Shown here piece by piece: positions 11,190-24,042 of a DNA stretch of 62,000 nt. The DNA comes from Octopus vulgaris. Lineage: Eukaryota. A program made the translations under genes and the position numbers. How positions within the stretch are numbered: the stretch's first letter is position 1; every line of letters starts with the position of its first letter. The notes under the pieces were generated by a model. That model worked only from the letters and a program-made list of their open reading frames with translations. It did not search any database and was not told the origin of the DNA. The stretch spans positions 26,184,001 through 26,246,000 of the forward strand of contig OX597823.1 of assembly GCA_951406725.2 (NCBI GenBank), given 5' to 3'.

Positions 11190-13023
11190 CCGAAAGTAAA
11201 TACAAAAGTAAAATAGAACTGAGGAAAGAAAATGATTGAGGGAAAGAGAAAGAAAGAGTGAAGAAAGAATTCATAGAGAAAGAGAAAAGAAAAAGTGTTA
11301 GAGAGAATGGGAAAGAAAGAAAAAACAAGGGGAAAGATATGATAGAAAGAATGTGTTAGAGAGAGCGAGAGAGAGAAAGAAATGATAGAGAGAAAGTGAA
11401 AAAAGAAATGATAGAGAGAAAATGAAAAAGAAATAAGAGAGAGAGAAAGAGAGAGAGAGAGAGAATGAGAGAGAAATAAATAAATGATAGAGAGGGGAAG
11501 TGAGAGAGCGAGAAAAATTAAATACATCGATGGAAAAACAACAAAAAGCTGTTATGAAATTATTTCATTTTCAGTTTAGAACAAAAGGTAGCGGCGTTTC
11601 ACGGGTGTATATATATAAATATATACATATGTATATATATATATATGTATATGTAAATGTATATGTATGTATGTACATGGTGTCGGTCACTAGTATAAAC
11701 TTATATTATAAAACAATCAACTAACACTTCCATTTAATAAGTTTATTGTGTGTAAAAATTCTACACTGAATTTAATATAAAACATATGTACACACATTTG
11801 TATATATGAATATATGTCTATGTAGTGTTGTTTTTCTTTCAATTCCATACTTTAATTATTCTTTCTTCAATAACATCGAACTCACACTCAACGTCTATTT
11901 ATAGTTAATTATAAATTTACTACAAGATAAACTGAAGATCTCAATTTAAGGACCAAATTCGCATTTAAGTGCTTTCATGACGTACATTGATAATAATAAT
12001 AATAATAAAAAAACAACATGAAGACAAATTTATTCATAGCCCATCCCATATCCTTTCTTTGGTTCGTTTTTCTTTTTATTCATCATCAATTTCCTTACGA
12101 ATGTTGTTATCCAAGAAAACCGAATGTTTCTAGAAGAACGTAAAGCCCCTTAATAAAGGCAAGCACTTAGGCCAGGCTAAAGCTGTCGTATGTCACAACC
12201 ATGAGGCGTTGAACACGATTGTGCTTTTTTACCCAGAATCCTCAGTATCAGTGGCTACCCACAACTGAAGCCGAAGCGGCCTTTACATCTGTGGAGCTTC
12301 TCGCTTTGGTTAGCTCCTGCTTTTGTCGCCAGAGTACGTCCACGGTAAGTGCGCCGAACCTTCCTCTCTAGCATCGTGCGTCGTTCGTTTTATGTCTACG
12401 TTCAATCGTTTCAATGTGTCTTCTTCTTTGTAGAGAAAACTGTTAGTTGTTTATGTTATTTTCATTTTTTTGGCTCTCTCGTTCACTCGAAGTGAGGGTC
12501 ACCCTTCGTCCTCAGCATGACCATTGTGGAGTCTCCGCCGCCGCCGCCACTACTATCACCAACGCCGCCGCACACACGCACACACGCCACATTCTCTTTC
12601 TTTGAGACTATATGCGAAAATGAGGGCAACACACTTAACGCTTCTCTCTTACATGCTGTTATATATATATTTTCTATATTTCCTTTCATTAGCTCTACAG
12701 TATTTGTTTGTATTTTCCCTTCATTACTCATCTGCTCGGAAAACATATCTGCAATACTATTCTGTAAAAATTCTAAAGCGTGCCATGATAAGCAAACCAG
12801 CTAAAGGTGCTACCACCTCAGGCGGATATATATATGGATATATATATTATTCGGCAGTGAGACAGGGCAGTTAGGTTATTCATATTTTGTTTTCATATAC
12901 ATTTCTCTTATTTTCATTTTGATTTCCAAGTCCATTTCCCTAATTTTTTTCTAAACTCATTAACCTTTTATTGAAGTTGAAGATCAGGCAAAGGAAACAA
13001 AACCGATCCCCCTTCACACAAAT

Positions 13024-13059
<36 letters not shown>

Positions 13060-16000
13060 AATATACATACATACACACGCACAACAAACGTGTATGTATA
13101 TGCACCATGGATTATGGAAAAATCTTTTCCGAGCGCCGATCAACCTTGGTTAACACTTTGCTCTCGCCAAACAAACGATTAGTTAACTCGGAGATTTGCC
13201 ATTTTTCCTCTTTTATTCAAGTATTTCGCCCTCACTTATATATATCGTGTGTAGGAAAAGTGAAATAAAATTCCCTAACAAAAGACAGCAATTGGCATGT
13301 GAGAGATGGTTGACGACCAAGTGGATGCTTTGTGAACAATAAAAGCAGCACAAATGTGTGTGTGTGTGTGTCGGCAACATACAGACCCACACTTAAGCAC
13401 AGATTTGTTTTTTTTTGGTCGCAGGTTGTTTAAACTATAAGCATTTTATTTTGGAGTATATCTGGGGTCGGGATTTTAAAAATTTATTTTAGTCGGGAAT
13501 GAAAAGGGTGTTTGTTTTATTACGTTTACTTTCTTTTTTGGAAAACGGGAAATTATTTTGGCAAGGTTGGTCGGAGAAAGAAAAAAAAACCCAGCTTGTA
13601 ATATTGTCATTGGGACCAAGTCAAGGACTGGATATAGAATAAGATGTTTCCTTGTTAACATTAATTTTTCTCTGTCTTCACTACGGTCCTTGTTTCTATT
13701 TAAGAATTATATAGCTATATATATGTGCGTATATAAATATATACACGTATGTAATAGTTAAGTGACTGTGTGTGAAAGGTACCTAGTAAACGAACCACAA
13801 AGCCGCCTCACCAGAAGGTTCCACACCCCATCACCAGGCCGGGCATGCGCATTACATCTTCTTATCTCTCTATTCGGTCAAGCTTTTACTCTTTCTCCCT
13901 CTTTTCATCTCTCTATTACTTTTAGTTATCTTAATGTCCGTCTCTCTCATTCTTTTATCACTCTCTCTCTTTCTTTATAGTGTCTCTTTTTATCCGCTAT
14001 TCTCTATATCCCTCTTTCATATTGCTCTGTCTTTCTACATACACGCTGCTATCTACAACTTTTATACACCAGACGATGTATAAATACTACAAATATATTT
14101 ATGTTTGCATTGTTTCTCACTTATTAGCTGTTAATAAACAACATAAACCACCTGCCAGTAATTGAAGTCTTATATCAGCAATTTTAGTTATATATATATA
14201 TAATTTATCCTTTGCTGTTTTTCTTTTCTCTTGTCTAATTGCCCTTAATAATACCCATTAAGATCTTTCTCTTTAAGAGGAAACAAAAACAACTTCCCAT
14301 TTCATGTACCTCCCTACCATATGTCAACTGACTGGAAACGAAGAAAAATAAATCCCGTATTCAGTATATATTACGTGAAATTAGTTGAGAATTTTTTTGT
14401 TTCAAAATAGTCTATATGCTAACCCCTTGAGGCCGTTGAAACGGTTTCCCTTACCCTATTTATTTACAGAATTACTCAGAAAACGTTTTATTCTTTTTGA
14501 CTAGAAATTATCCGAAACAAAATCCAAAGAAAAAGCATCAGAAGAAGCAAATATGTATTCGATTAATTTTTCTGTTAAACCCTTTAATCGGAGGTTTCTG
14601 TCGGGTTAGTAGGAATATATAGAAGTTAGTGACTGTGCAAAAAATATATAATGGTTTGATAAAAATATGAAAGGTTGTTTTTTTTTGCAGACGTGAAAAA
14701 TGGAACTGCTAAGCTGGCATATGGGATATTTTTGTGCGCGAAACTTTTCTTTAGCAGGTGTTCCTCTCATGTTTATCCCACTACAGCGCTTTGTTAAGCA
14801 TTCTGAGTTCCCCCTCACCCTCCACGAATTTATATGTGGATATTTTGCCTTTTATTTATTATATGAGTGAATGAATCAAGTTATTACATTTCCTTGTAAT
14901 TGCTGAGCATCTGATAAAAGAGGCCTTCTAGTTAACCGGCTAGATAGAGAGGAGGTGGTAGGTCTCTTGGACTGCTTTTCCTGCTACTACAGTATCATTG
15001 AATTCGCTCACATCCGTTTTTATTCTGCTTCTCCTGCCTATTCGCCCTTCATCCTCACATCCGCCAGCTTTCTCTCCCTAATTAGGTAAAAAAAAAGTAA
15101 AATAAATAAATAGAATAAAGCATTAAGAGTTGGTCGGCCCTTCATGTTCTAACTCCATTTCTTTATGTATGAAGTACTCCCACCACCACGTGTGTTCTAT
15201 GAAACTAGAAAGAATTCTGTCCCTGCTCTATCGTTTTTGTATCGATTTTACCAAGCTCTCTCTCTCTCTCGTCCCATACCTTTCTCTTGTTGGTTCGCAG
15301 CCTCACACATGAATTCACAAATGTCAGCAGGCAGCCGATGCGAGGATTTAGTTTATCTCTTTCCTCCTCCATCGCCAGCGAAGCGATAGACGTAGAGTGC
15401 TGCTGATGTTATTGAGGGCGCCCTCCACGGATAACACTTCATACAACCACTATCTTTTCTTGCTCTAGATTATACAGAAGGTGAATTCTAATTTCGGTTG
15501 CTGCTATTCTAATTTTATATATATATATAGATAAAATATGGGGAATAAATAATAAAAGTTTTCGCTTGTTATTGCCCCCCTCCGTCTGTTTTTACTTCCA
15601 TTTACACAGTCACACGTTCACACACATACACATCTAATCTCTGTTCTTTCTTTTCTCTCTTTCTCTCCACTCTTCTCTCTCCTCTCATGGTATAAGGAGG
15701 TCGGATTATATACGCCAGCAACCTTCTGGCTGCTTTCGATATCCACACGCTGTTTTCTTCGTTGAAACCAGCCTGCTCCTCTGCATGACTCATGTCTAGG
15801 AAAAAGAAGCCTGGTCACAACTAGAGGGAAGGCGAGCAGCAGACAGACTTGAGGACCCTGACTCATGTATCTAGTTGCGGTAGACAGACGGACTAAGCGA
15901 CTAGGTCAGGGAAAGAGAGAGACAGAGAAACCTTTTCTCTCAATTCAGTGTGCTCCTCCTACTTCGCGTTTTTTTTTTTACCTTTTCGTTAGTTTCCTCT

Positions 16001-16400
16001 TTGCTTTGCATAACATTATTCACCTCTCCCTACTTAAAATAAAATTGAAAAGCTTCTCTGTAATGAGGGCCGTGTCTAAGGTAACATTGATAGTGGCAAT
16101 GAAAAAGAAGAAAAAAAAAACCTCCATGAATGCATGGTGGCCAAAGACCTTCCCCTCCTCAATCTCATTGCAAATTGCTGTGGGGGAAATGTAAGGCCTA
16201 TGACCATTATGTTATGATGAGACGAGAAACAACAGAGAAGAACCCTTTGTTAAAGCTAGAAGAGAGAGGAAGCAGCAGCAGAAAATGAGAGGATTACAGT
16301 GGATCTGTCACGGGACCCGTAATCTCTTGTAGCTAGGACACAGATGCTGCTGAAAAATATTTCACTCCTTCGCACAAACACAGGCCTCATTTTATGGCCT
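11190..16400. promoter_or_regulatory. CpG-retaining, transposon-poor region; probable promoter/first-exon domain, possibly bidirectional
   Basis: CpGs and GCC runs are visibly more frequent than in the flanks, and I see no recognisable SINEs. It has an NRF1-like GCATGCGCA near 13843, TGACGT near 11978, two TGACTCA sites, and pyrimidine-rich UTR-like tracts on both strands. Confidence 0.55.
12100..12344 (+). other. Probable first (non-coding) exon; start approximate
   Basis: GC-richer unique segment ending in a consensus donor ACG|GTAAGT at 12344/12345. No convincing ORF. Confidence 0.5.
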
Positions 16401-17039
16401 TTCTAAAATATTTATTTTTCTCTGCCGATATTGAACGAAGGTGGCTGGAAATAAACATATTTTTTAGTTGGGGCCTAGCAATGTAGTGAGGGAAGTTTTT
16501 TTCCCCAGTCTGTGTTATAGAAGCTTTTAATGGAGATGATGAGAGAAGGGAGATGTGGAGGTGGTGGTGGTTGGTTATGATGGGTTACTGAAAACCGAAG
16601 ATGACAATTTATCTTATTAACGGACGGCAAATGTCCGGTATTTCTCTTTAAATAAATGATTATTTTAAGAAGTTGGCGTTTTAAAACTATTGTGAATAGC
16701 ATCAGTGAACTGATATAATTTACAAAACCACATCAATTAAACTAATGAACGCCACATAGTCTTTATTTCTCTTCTCATGAATCTGTGGCCTTGTCCCGAT
16801 ATAACCAATGTTTTTTCTTTTTACTTCTCTATTATGTGAGACAAGCATAATCTCATTTTTCTTTCCTTGGGGGCCTTATGCTTCTTTAAGCTAATATTTA
16901 CTTTCTCAGTCAACGATAAAAGAATTGTCAAACTTTTTATTTATATATTTTACTTGTTACGGTTTGTTTACAGTTTAATTTTGAATCGGTTATGAATTAT
17001 AACAGATACCGGTTTATTAACCAGCACCTATGCACTCAG

Positions 17040-17660
17040 CCTTGTTTGTAGAGAGCCTCTGCGAGGCCATTCAACCTGCTAGAAATAGCAATGTCTACCT
17101 CAAAGCACACCCTACCGTTTTAGAAAAAGAAAGGACGCATTCAATAATGTAGTCGAAAAATCCAGCAAGAATTACCATTTATCCTAGATCTGTTTGATCA
17201 GGGTTGACTCTTTACGAAACAACAACCTTACGTACACGAGCCAATGATGGAGATTTTATGCGGTCACTCGATGCTAGAAACAACAGCCAAAACTTTCTCA
17301 AAGCACACGCTTCATCCTTAGAAAGAAAGAAAAACATTGGATAATTTTTTCCTAAATATAATGTCTGAATAAAACGCAGGCTGGTTCTTGTTGGAACACC
17401 TTTTGATCATAGGTCTGTTTGATCATGACTAACTTACGCTAAACAACTTTATATACTCAAGCCATCAAGGCAACCTCTATGCGGTTACTCGATCTGCTAG
17501 AAATAGTAGCCAAATCATCTTGAAATCACATTCTACTATTAACGCATTAGGAAATATAATCTTTCGAATACAAAAGGACGAGAGGGTCTTAGCTGGAACA
17601 CCTTTGATAATAGGTATACTCTTTCTTGGCTGACTTGGGGCTAAACAACAACCTTATATC
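17040..17660 (+). repeat. Three degenerate tandem copies of a dispersed retroposon-like repeat
   Basis: ctgctagaaatagcagccaaat...ctcaaa(g/t)cacac recurs about every 200 bp. Related copies at about 40790-41060, 46530-46730 and 60400-60770. Confidence 0.55.
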
Positions 17661-20600
17661 ATCGCCAATGAAATAAAATGCAATTCAACTCAGAATAGCT
17701 TTTACTTGAATGTTTTCTTGTCTTGTGTTTTCTAAAGGTAAAAAAAAAACAACAATAGTTATAATAGTAATTCCAACATATCTTAAGTTTTTACAAAACT
17801 TAGAACATAGATGGTAATTTTATTTTGCATTCAAAAGATTTTAAAATATATATTTTACACATACTTAAGAATTTGTATGGAAATAATTTATTGAAAATAC
17901 AAAAACTTTCAACACCCTGAGGTACTTTATAAGTTGATCCTTTTAGGTTTTTATTATTAAAATCTAAGGTCAATACCAATTGCTCTCTCTCTCTCTGATT
18001 CCTGATCTGTTTCAATAACATTTCTAGAACAGTTTCCCATTAAGATCAGGTTTAGTAAATATACTCAAGTTGTAGTTTTAATGTTATTGTTAACTTGTAC
18101 AAACTCTATATGTGTAACAGTGACTGACATTAAGATGAGAACCCCCACTTTTATTGTACATACAATGTGTAATGGTTTAGCCCTGTTTTAAAGTGGTGTT
18201 CACTATAGCTGTATGTATCTTCCATTAGTGTGGATGGCAGCCACTGTATGACACTGCATGATAAAGTGGAAATAAAAGCTAACAAACAATTGCCTGCCAA
18301 AAGAATTGTCTCCATGTGACTGCATCCCTCTTTCTGTTTAAGACTGTTTCTATCCCTAATTTTTCACAGCACTATCGCTCTCTCTTTTACTCATTTGAAT
18401 TTCATTCTTTCTTCAAACCTTGCTCTGCTTTGGCCATTGTGTCATTCTCATGTCATTTTCATAAACAAATCTTACATTTTTTTTCACCCTTTTTGTTGAG
18501 TGCTGCTTGTGTGCTTTACACAAGATGATACCTTTTGTGTGTTGGAGCAGGATTTCTTTGAATGTCAGCTTCTCACTATTTTATGTTGTTATTATTGCTT
18601 TTTTATTCCTTTTTTTTTTTTTAATCCTGAGAAGAAAGAATGTACACACAAGAATCAAATACTTTTTGCTTTTTATTGTTATCTTCGAGGATGTTTCTTT
18701 TTCCAATTTTTAATTTTTGCAAGTAGATTTACCGGCTCACCCAGTCTTTTGAGATATAATACTATTACAATAATTCTGTCTCTTTAGGTTCAGAGTGTGA
18801 ATCCAGGCATGGTTAACTTCGCTTGTCAACTTTCCAGAGTTGATAATTAAATACTTGTAACAAAATAGAATCAAATTCATTCACTAAAATCCCCACCCAC
18901 CCCCACTTAGAAATTGGCCTTGTACCTGACTAAGAAATCAATACCATGTATCGTGTATGAAAATAAAATATTTATTTCCTACACAGGAACAAGTCCACCA
19001 ATCTGTAAGGGAGGGACTAAATGAGTTTGTGTGACATCTTCCTCAAAGGAATTAGTAATGATGTTAATAAAAGAGAACGTAGCTCCAACGAAGAATGGAA
19101 ATGGGGTCACAAATTCAGCACAGTGGGATCTTCACTGTGTACGGAAATAAATTATTGATTTTTTTTGCAGGCACAAAACTAAGCCACAAATTTTTAGAGC
19201 AGGGGATGAGATAACATGGCATTCATGCATTTCCCGAGGGCATAAGTAATTTATATGCAGTACAATAAATGGTTCCAACTGGGCTACTCCCTCAACTTGG
19301 CATTATGTTTATTTTTCACTCTAACAGAAGGACTGCAGTTGATTAAGTTGACCTCAATTAAAAAAATGCAAATGCCCTTTAGCTACTAGGCTTAGTTTTA
19401 GTTCCATGGTGTTAAGTGGATGGGAGATAAATCTCCTCCTGGTTATTATGTTGCTGTATCTTAGGTAATACTGTCAGATCTAGTGGTATGTTGTGCTCCT
19501 GACCTGAGCAGATATGATAAGTAGTTGACCCCTAAAACACAAAAAGTTGGTTGTCCAAACCGATATTCTCTTGGCTGTCATATCTTTACAGTTTACCTCA
19601 CAGTATGCACCTGTCAATGTAATGCTTATTTATTCACATAAAAAAAAAAAAAAATTAATCCTGCATTATCTTGTAGCTTTGAGATATCAAAGATGTGATT
19701 TGTTTATTTTTAGAATGACATTGCTGAGTAGATGTGAAAGGCTTGGAACTGGGCAGGTTAATCACAAAACAGGTGGTATATTTGGGCTGGATATGACCAG
19801 TTTAAATGCTTATGGGTTAACTCAGTAGAGATGAAGGACAAAGGCAGTTCTGGTAGACTGAGCTCAGAATGCAGTGGGATAAATCAAAATACTGATGAAC
19901 ATTTGATTTTACTGCTTCTGGTACTTTGATATTGTCTTCTATAATGAAAACATGTTAAAGCAAAAATAACTACAAGATAGACATAATGTATTTAATCTCA
20001 TATTGTCTTCTGGGCCTATTGAAACAAAGCAATATATTATAATCAATTCATTCAATAATATCCTTTTAAGAAAGAAGGGTTTTGCTTACATAAAAGAGGT
20101 TAAAACTTGCGAATTAAGTTTTAGTGAACAGTTTTTTTTTACTGTTATTATCATTTTAATGTAATAAGTGTAATGAATACTGAGAAGAAATATGTTTTAG
20201 GAAAGACTAGTTGACAACATGTCCATAAGTTCAAAGTTTAACTAGGCTTATTGTCATAGACATAACCCTATTCACCTTACCAAACAAAAATAAGTTCCAC
20301 TCCTTGCCTCACAGTTGAGTTAGGTGAGAAAAGGGGCATCCAACTGTAAACAAAATTGGTTTAATGAAATAAGCCATGTAAGCATGGAAAAATAAATGTA
20401 AAACAGTGAAGCAACAAAAATCCTCAATAGAAAGAAAGAAATCAATTTTTGTTCATAATTTAAAAAAAGAGAACAATTTGAAAAATAAATAGCTTAAATA
20501 ATAGCAGATCAGCATTTCAATACAAAATCTTAATGTAATGTAAAATTAGATGTGGTTGTGTCAAATGATTGTATTTAAAATTGAGTCTTTTGCAGGGAGA

Positions 20601-21239
20601 ATTGTATTAAAAATGGATTTTTAAAGCATTTTTCTCTCTAATGGTGAAATATTTTCCTGTTGGTCAAGCATATATACATAACTGTTAGAATGTACTGTAT
20701 AGTGGCATCACTGGGCTTTGTTGAGATTGCAACAATAAACTGTTTGCTATTGCAAGCAGAGGAATTTAAGTTTTTACCAGCCATGTACTGCCATCCAAAG
20801 GCACACACTCTCTCTCTCTATATATATATATGTATGTACATGCATACGTATGTATTGGTGTTGCCCAGATATAGATTCTGTTTCTAACATAACTTTCAAA
20901 TTTATTTCTCACCAATACATCTAGGTTGAGTTTAAATGTAAAAACAGAATTTTTATTTGGGTTCTGGATCATTTAGTTGTGTACGAATTTACTTTTCATA
21001 TTTGTTGTTTTGCTTTGATTCATCCATGGAGGAAAGGTCAGTGGTTAATATTCTGTCACTGGTTTTTATTCTGACCATGGTGAAGATAATAATTGACAGT
21101 TGGGTCCATTTAGCTGTAAATAGACATAACATAGAGTAATTTAATTAATTGGAGAACTGTCACTGTGTTAAATTATATGCACAGTGTTATAAAAGTTGTC
21201 AGGCCTGTCCGGATTTTATTTTATATTTTCCATAAGCAG

Positions 21240-21321
21240 TAACAATGGCATTGCTTTGGTTGCTAGGACGAAGTAAATAAATCTGACAAGCCAAAACTGG
21301 TTGATCCCATTGCCTTTCCTG
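21240..21321 (+). other. Candidate non-coding/5' UTR exon with a uORF
   Basis: Pyrimidine tract plus tandem AAG/CAG acceptor; donor CTG|GTAAGT. All three frames are closed. ATG at 21245 gives MALLWLLGRSK*. Confidence 0.45.
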
Positions 21322-21445
21322 GTAAGTGAGAACCTTGTGGTTTAAACCACAGACACTGTTTTCACAGCAAGGTTAAATATTTTGTTTGTTAACTATATGA
21401 TAGGTGCACTGCAATGCTAAACATATGTTTATTGAATATATAAAA

Positions 21446-21828
21446 GGTGCAGGTGTGGCTATATGGTAAGAGATTTGCTTCTGAACCACATGGTTCTGGG
21501 TTCAGTTCTCCTATGTGATATCTTAGGCAAGTGTTTCTACTATAGCCTAGCGCTGACCAAAGCCTTGTGAGTGGATTTGGTTGACAGAAACTGAAAGAAG
21601 CCCTTTATGTGTGTGTGTGTGTTTGTCCCCCACCATTACTTGACAACCGGTGTTGGTGTGTTTACTTCCCCATAACTTAGTGGTTTGGCAAAACAGACTG
21701 ATAGAGTAAATAGCAGACTTAAAACGAAAATAAGTACTGGGGATGATTCATTGAACTAAAATTCTTCAAGGTGTTGTCCCAGCATGGTCGCAGTCTAATG
21801 ACTGAAACAAGTAACAGAAAGATAAAAG
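21446..21828 (+). mobile_element. Full-length tRNA-derived SINE with CR1-type tail
   Basis: Same head, body and tail as 8905-9376. Other copies at 24370-24750(-), 36094-36500(+) and 43672-44107(-). Confidence 0.9.
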
Positions 21829-22153
21829 AAGGAAAGAATTGCAACTCCTTTAAAACTCTTGTGATGAGCATACTGTTAGGGTGCTGTGTTCATCATAATC
21901 ATTGTCATTTAACATCCGTTTTCCATGCTGGCATGGGTTAGACTACATGACTGAAAATTGGTAAGCTAGGAGGCTGCACCAGGTTCCAATCTAATTTGGC
22001 ATGGTTTCTAAGGTTGGATGTCCTTCCTAACGCCAACCACTCTGCTAGCACAGGTGCCAGTTGATCTTAACAAATATTGTTAGTGAAAAACCATAGGAAA
22101 AAGTATGTGTGGTTGTATTTGCATAATATATTTCAGCAAATATAATTCACTTC

Positions 22154-22419
22154 CAGTTCTACATTTAAGAGATAAGGAATTATGTACATTATTTACATTT
22201 GACAGATATTTGTCCTCATCTTGTTTGTTGTTAACACGTGTCGGCTGATATACCCTCCAGCCTTCATCAGGTGTCTTGGGGGAAATTTCAAACCTGGGTT
22301 TTCATTCCTAAGGTATTTTTTGATATTATTATCATTATTATTCTTTAGGTCACTGCCTGGAATTGAACTCGGAATCTTGGGGTTAGTAGCCCGCACGTTT
22401 AACCACAATGCCATATGCC
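22154..22419 (-). mobile_element. Penelope-associated terminal repeat with tRNA-like head and hammerhead relic
   Basis: Minus strand reads A-box-like tggcattgtggtt, B-box gagttcaattcc, then gacac-CTGATGA-a-ggctg..cagcc-GACAC. The same repeat lies just 3' of the GIY-YIG fragment at 37800-37953. Confidence 0.75.
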
Positions 22420-22449
22420 TGATTAAGAATAAGAATAATATTAATAATG

Positions 22450-23012
22450 ACTGCCCTGATGCAGTACCAGGCAGTGGCTCTCATGGCTTCTGAACTTAAC
22501 TGATTGGAAGTGTTATCATGTACCTTGTTTTGTCTTGGTATAAATGATGGGCTACAGCAGTTATTCTGCTCAATACCACAGATTTGCTTGTCAGTTGTTT
22601 GACCATAACCAGTTGACCATGTCCCTTAGTAGCTGATGATATGTGCATCTCTGATCACGAGCAGAAGTAGTGGGGGAGCATCATAGCCATGTGTTGAGAG
22701 GGATATTTGGAGTTTGAATAATTCACCTCTGGAAACATGGGTATTTCATTCAACATCCTTAAACAACCTTTATTCAGGGACCTTTTGAGTGGGATGGGTT
22801 ACTTGACCAAAAGAAAATTCTAACTGGGCCCCACCTACAAGGTCATGTGCTGTTTATCTTGATATGAGATCACCATGTCGCGCACATATGGTTGTGATGC
22901 ATGTGTCTAGTGTACCCTTATCAGATGGGTAGTCATGATGGGTACACTAGGCTTCGTATATTTTACCCCAGTGTCACTTTGATGGCATGCACTGCTATCT
23001 CACTCAATAATA
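22450..23012 (+). mobile_element. Retroposon 3' fragment with (AAT)n tail, family unassigned
   Basis: About 560-bp block between simple-repeat ends, terminating cactcaataataa. Recognised from memory as an abundant octopus repeat; not verified. Confidence 0.45.
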
Positions 23013-23049
23013 ACATTGAAATGAGAACCCAGGTTTTAAATTTCCCTTA

Positions 23050-23095
23050 GACACCTGATGAAGGCTGGAGGGTATATCAGCCGAAACACTGTGTT
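23050..23095 (+). ncRNA. Minimal type I hammerhead ribozyme motif, probably inactive copy
   Basis: GACAC (stem I) CTGATGA A GGCTG-gagggtatat-CAGCC (stem II) GAAAC ACT GTGTT (stem I'). The cleavage triplet reads ACT rather than GUH. Confidence 0.6.
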
Positions 23096-23751
23096 AACAA
23101 CAAACAAGATGAGGACAAATATCCATCAAATGTAAATAATGTATAATTCACTTCCGTTTCCATAAAACAATGTCAGCATGATGGAATTGAAGAGTGTTTT
23201 GTGTTACTTTCAGTATTTTCCTCCAATTGGAAAAGCTGTGTCTGTAAATGAACATCTTAGGTGTTTGTTTCTCATCTAATTAATGTTGAGTCAACTAGAG
23301 CTGTTAATTAGGCTTGTAGGTTCTTGATTTTTGGGGAATCATATATTTTACTTATGTAATAAAACGACTGTTTTGATACCATCACACTCTTACAAGAACT
23401 CACCTACCTGTCACTTGGTTATGACCTATCACTACTTTTGCTCTTCTGAACCCCACTCCTCACCTAAACCAGCTCCATGCACCTGTCTTTCTATCTCCTG
23501 TCAATGTTATTTGTTCTCTATCTTTATGCTTAACTGTCTCTTTTCCCAGACCTTCCCCTCCCTCTGTTTCAGTACCCCACTCTCTTACTAATCTGCTAGA
23601 ACAACTTTTTCTTTTTTTCTTTCCTACCACTAACTTACATGAACACCAGCTGAACAATAACTACACACTTTATTCCCCCTACTCTCTCCACCACCCCCTG
23701 TCTGCCTGACTCTCTCTCTCTTACACACTCCCAGCTTGGATGGGCTTAGAG

Positions 23752-24042
23752 CAGGGTTCCTCAGCCATTTTTTAACCATGGACCCCTTTGATTACTATTA
23801 TATTCTGGTGGACACCCTGTGGCCATTAGATGTTTAAAAAAACTAGTTTTATCAAAAGTTCTTTCAAAATCCCTATTTTGTCTTCCACACATTAACTTGT
23901 GTAGGTTGAATTATGTAAAATGTTAGAGAAAGAAACCTAGCTGTTTCTTGCAATACTTAAGATACTATTGTGGATCCCCAATGTACTATTTTGTTGTGCA
24001 GACCCCCAGAAATCTAATATGGACCCTAGTTGGGAATCACTA
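23752..24042. mobile_element. hAT/Charlie-like MITE
   Basis: Ends cagggttcctca ... gttgggaatcacta resemble CAGGGGTTCCCAAC-type TIRs. The TSD is not clean. Confidence 0.5.

Noticed and set aside
12483-12874. Three overlapping ORFs over the GCC tract
   Set aside because: They are low-complexity, lack any domain, and run into AT-rich intron-like sequence.
16286-16330. Hairpin gagaggattac...gtaatctct as a pre-miRNA
   Set aside because: Only about 11 bp pair, which is too short for a precursor.
19118-19138. Iron-responsive element (CAGTG in a hairpin)
   Set aside because: CAGTG lies in the stem rather than the loop, and the bulged-C geometry is missing.
19468-19479. 12-nt match to the miR-8/miR-200 5' end (taatactgtcag)
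   Set aside because: The rest of the mature sequence and the complementary precursor arm are absent.
22345-22419. tRNA gene
   Set aside because: It has A/B-box-like motifs but no proper acceptor stem, and it is embedded in a repeat. The SINE heads were rejected for the same reason.
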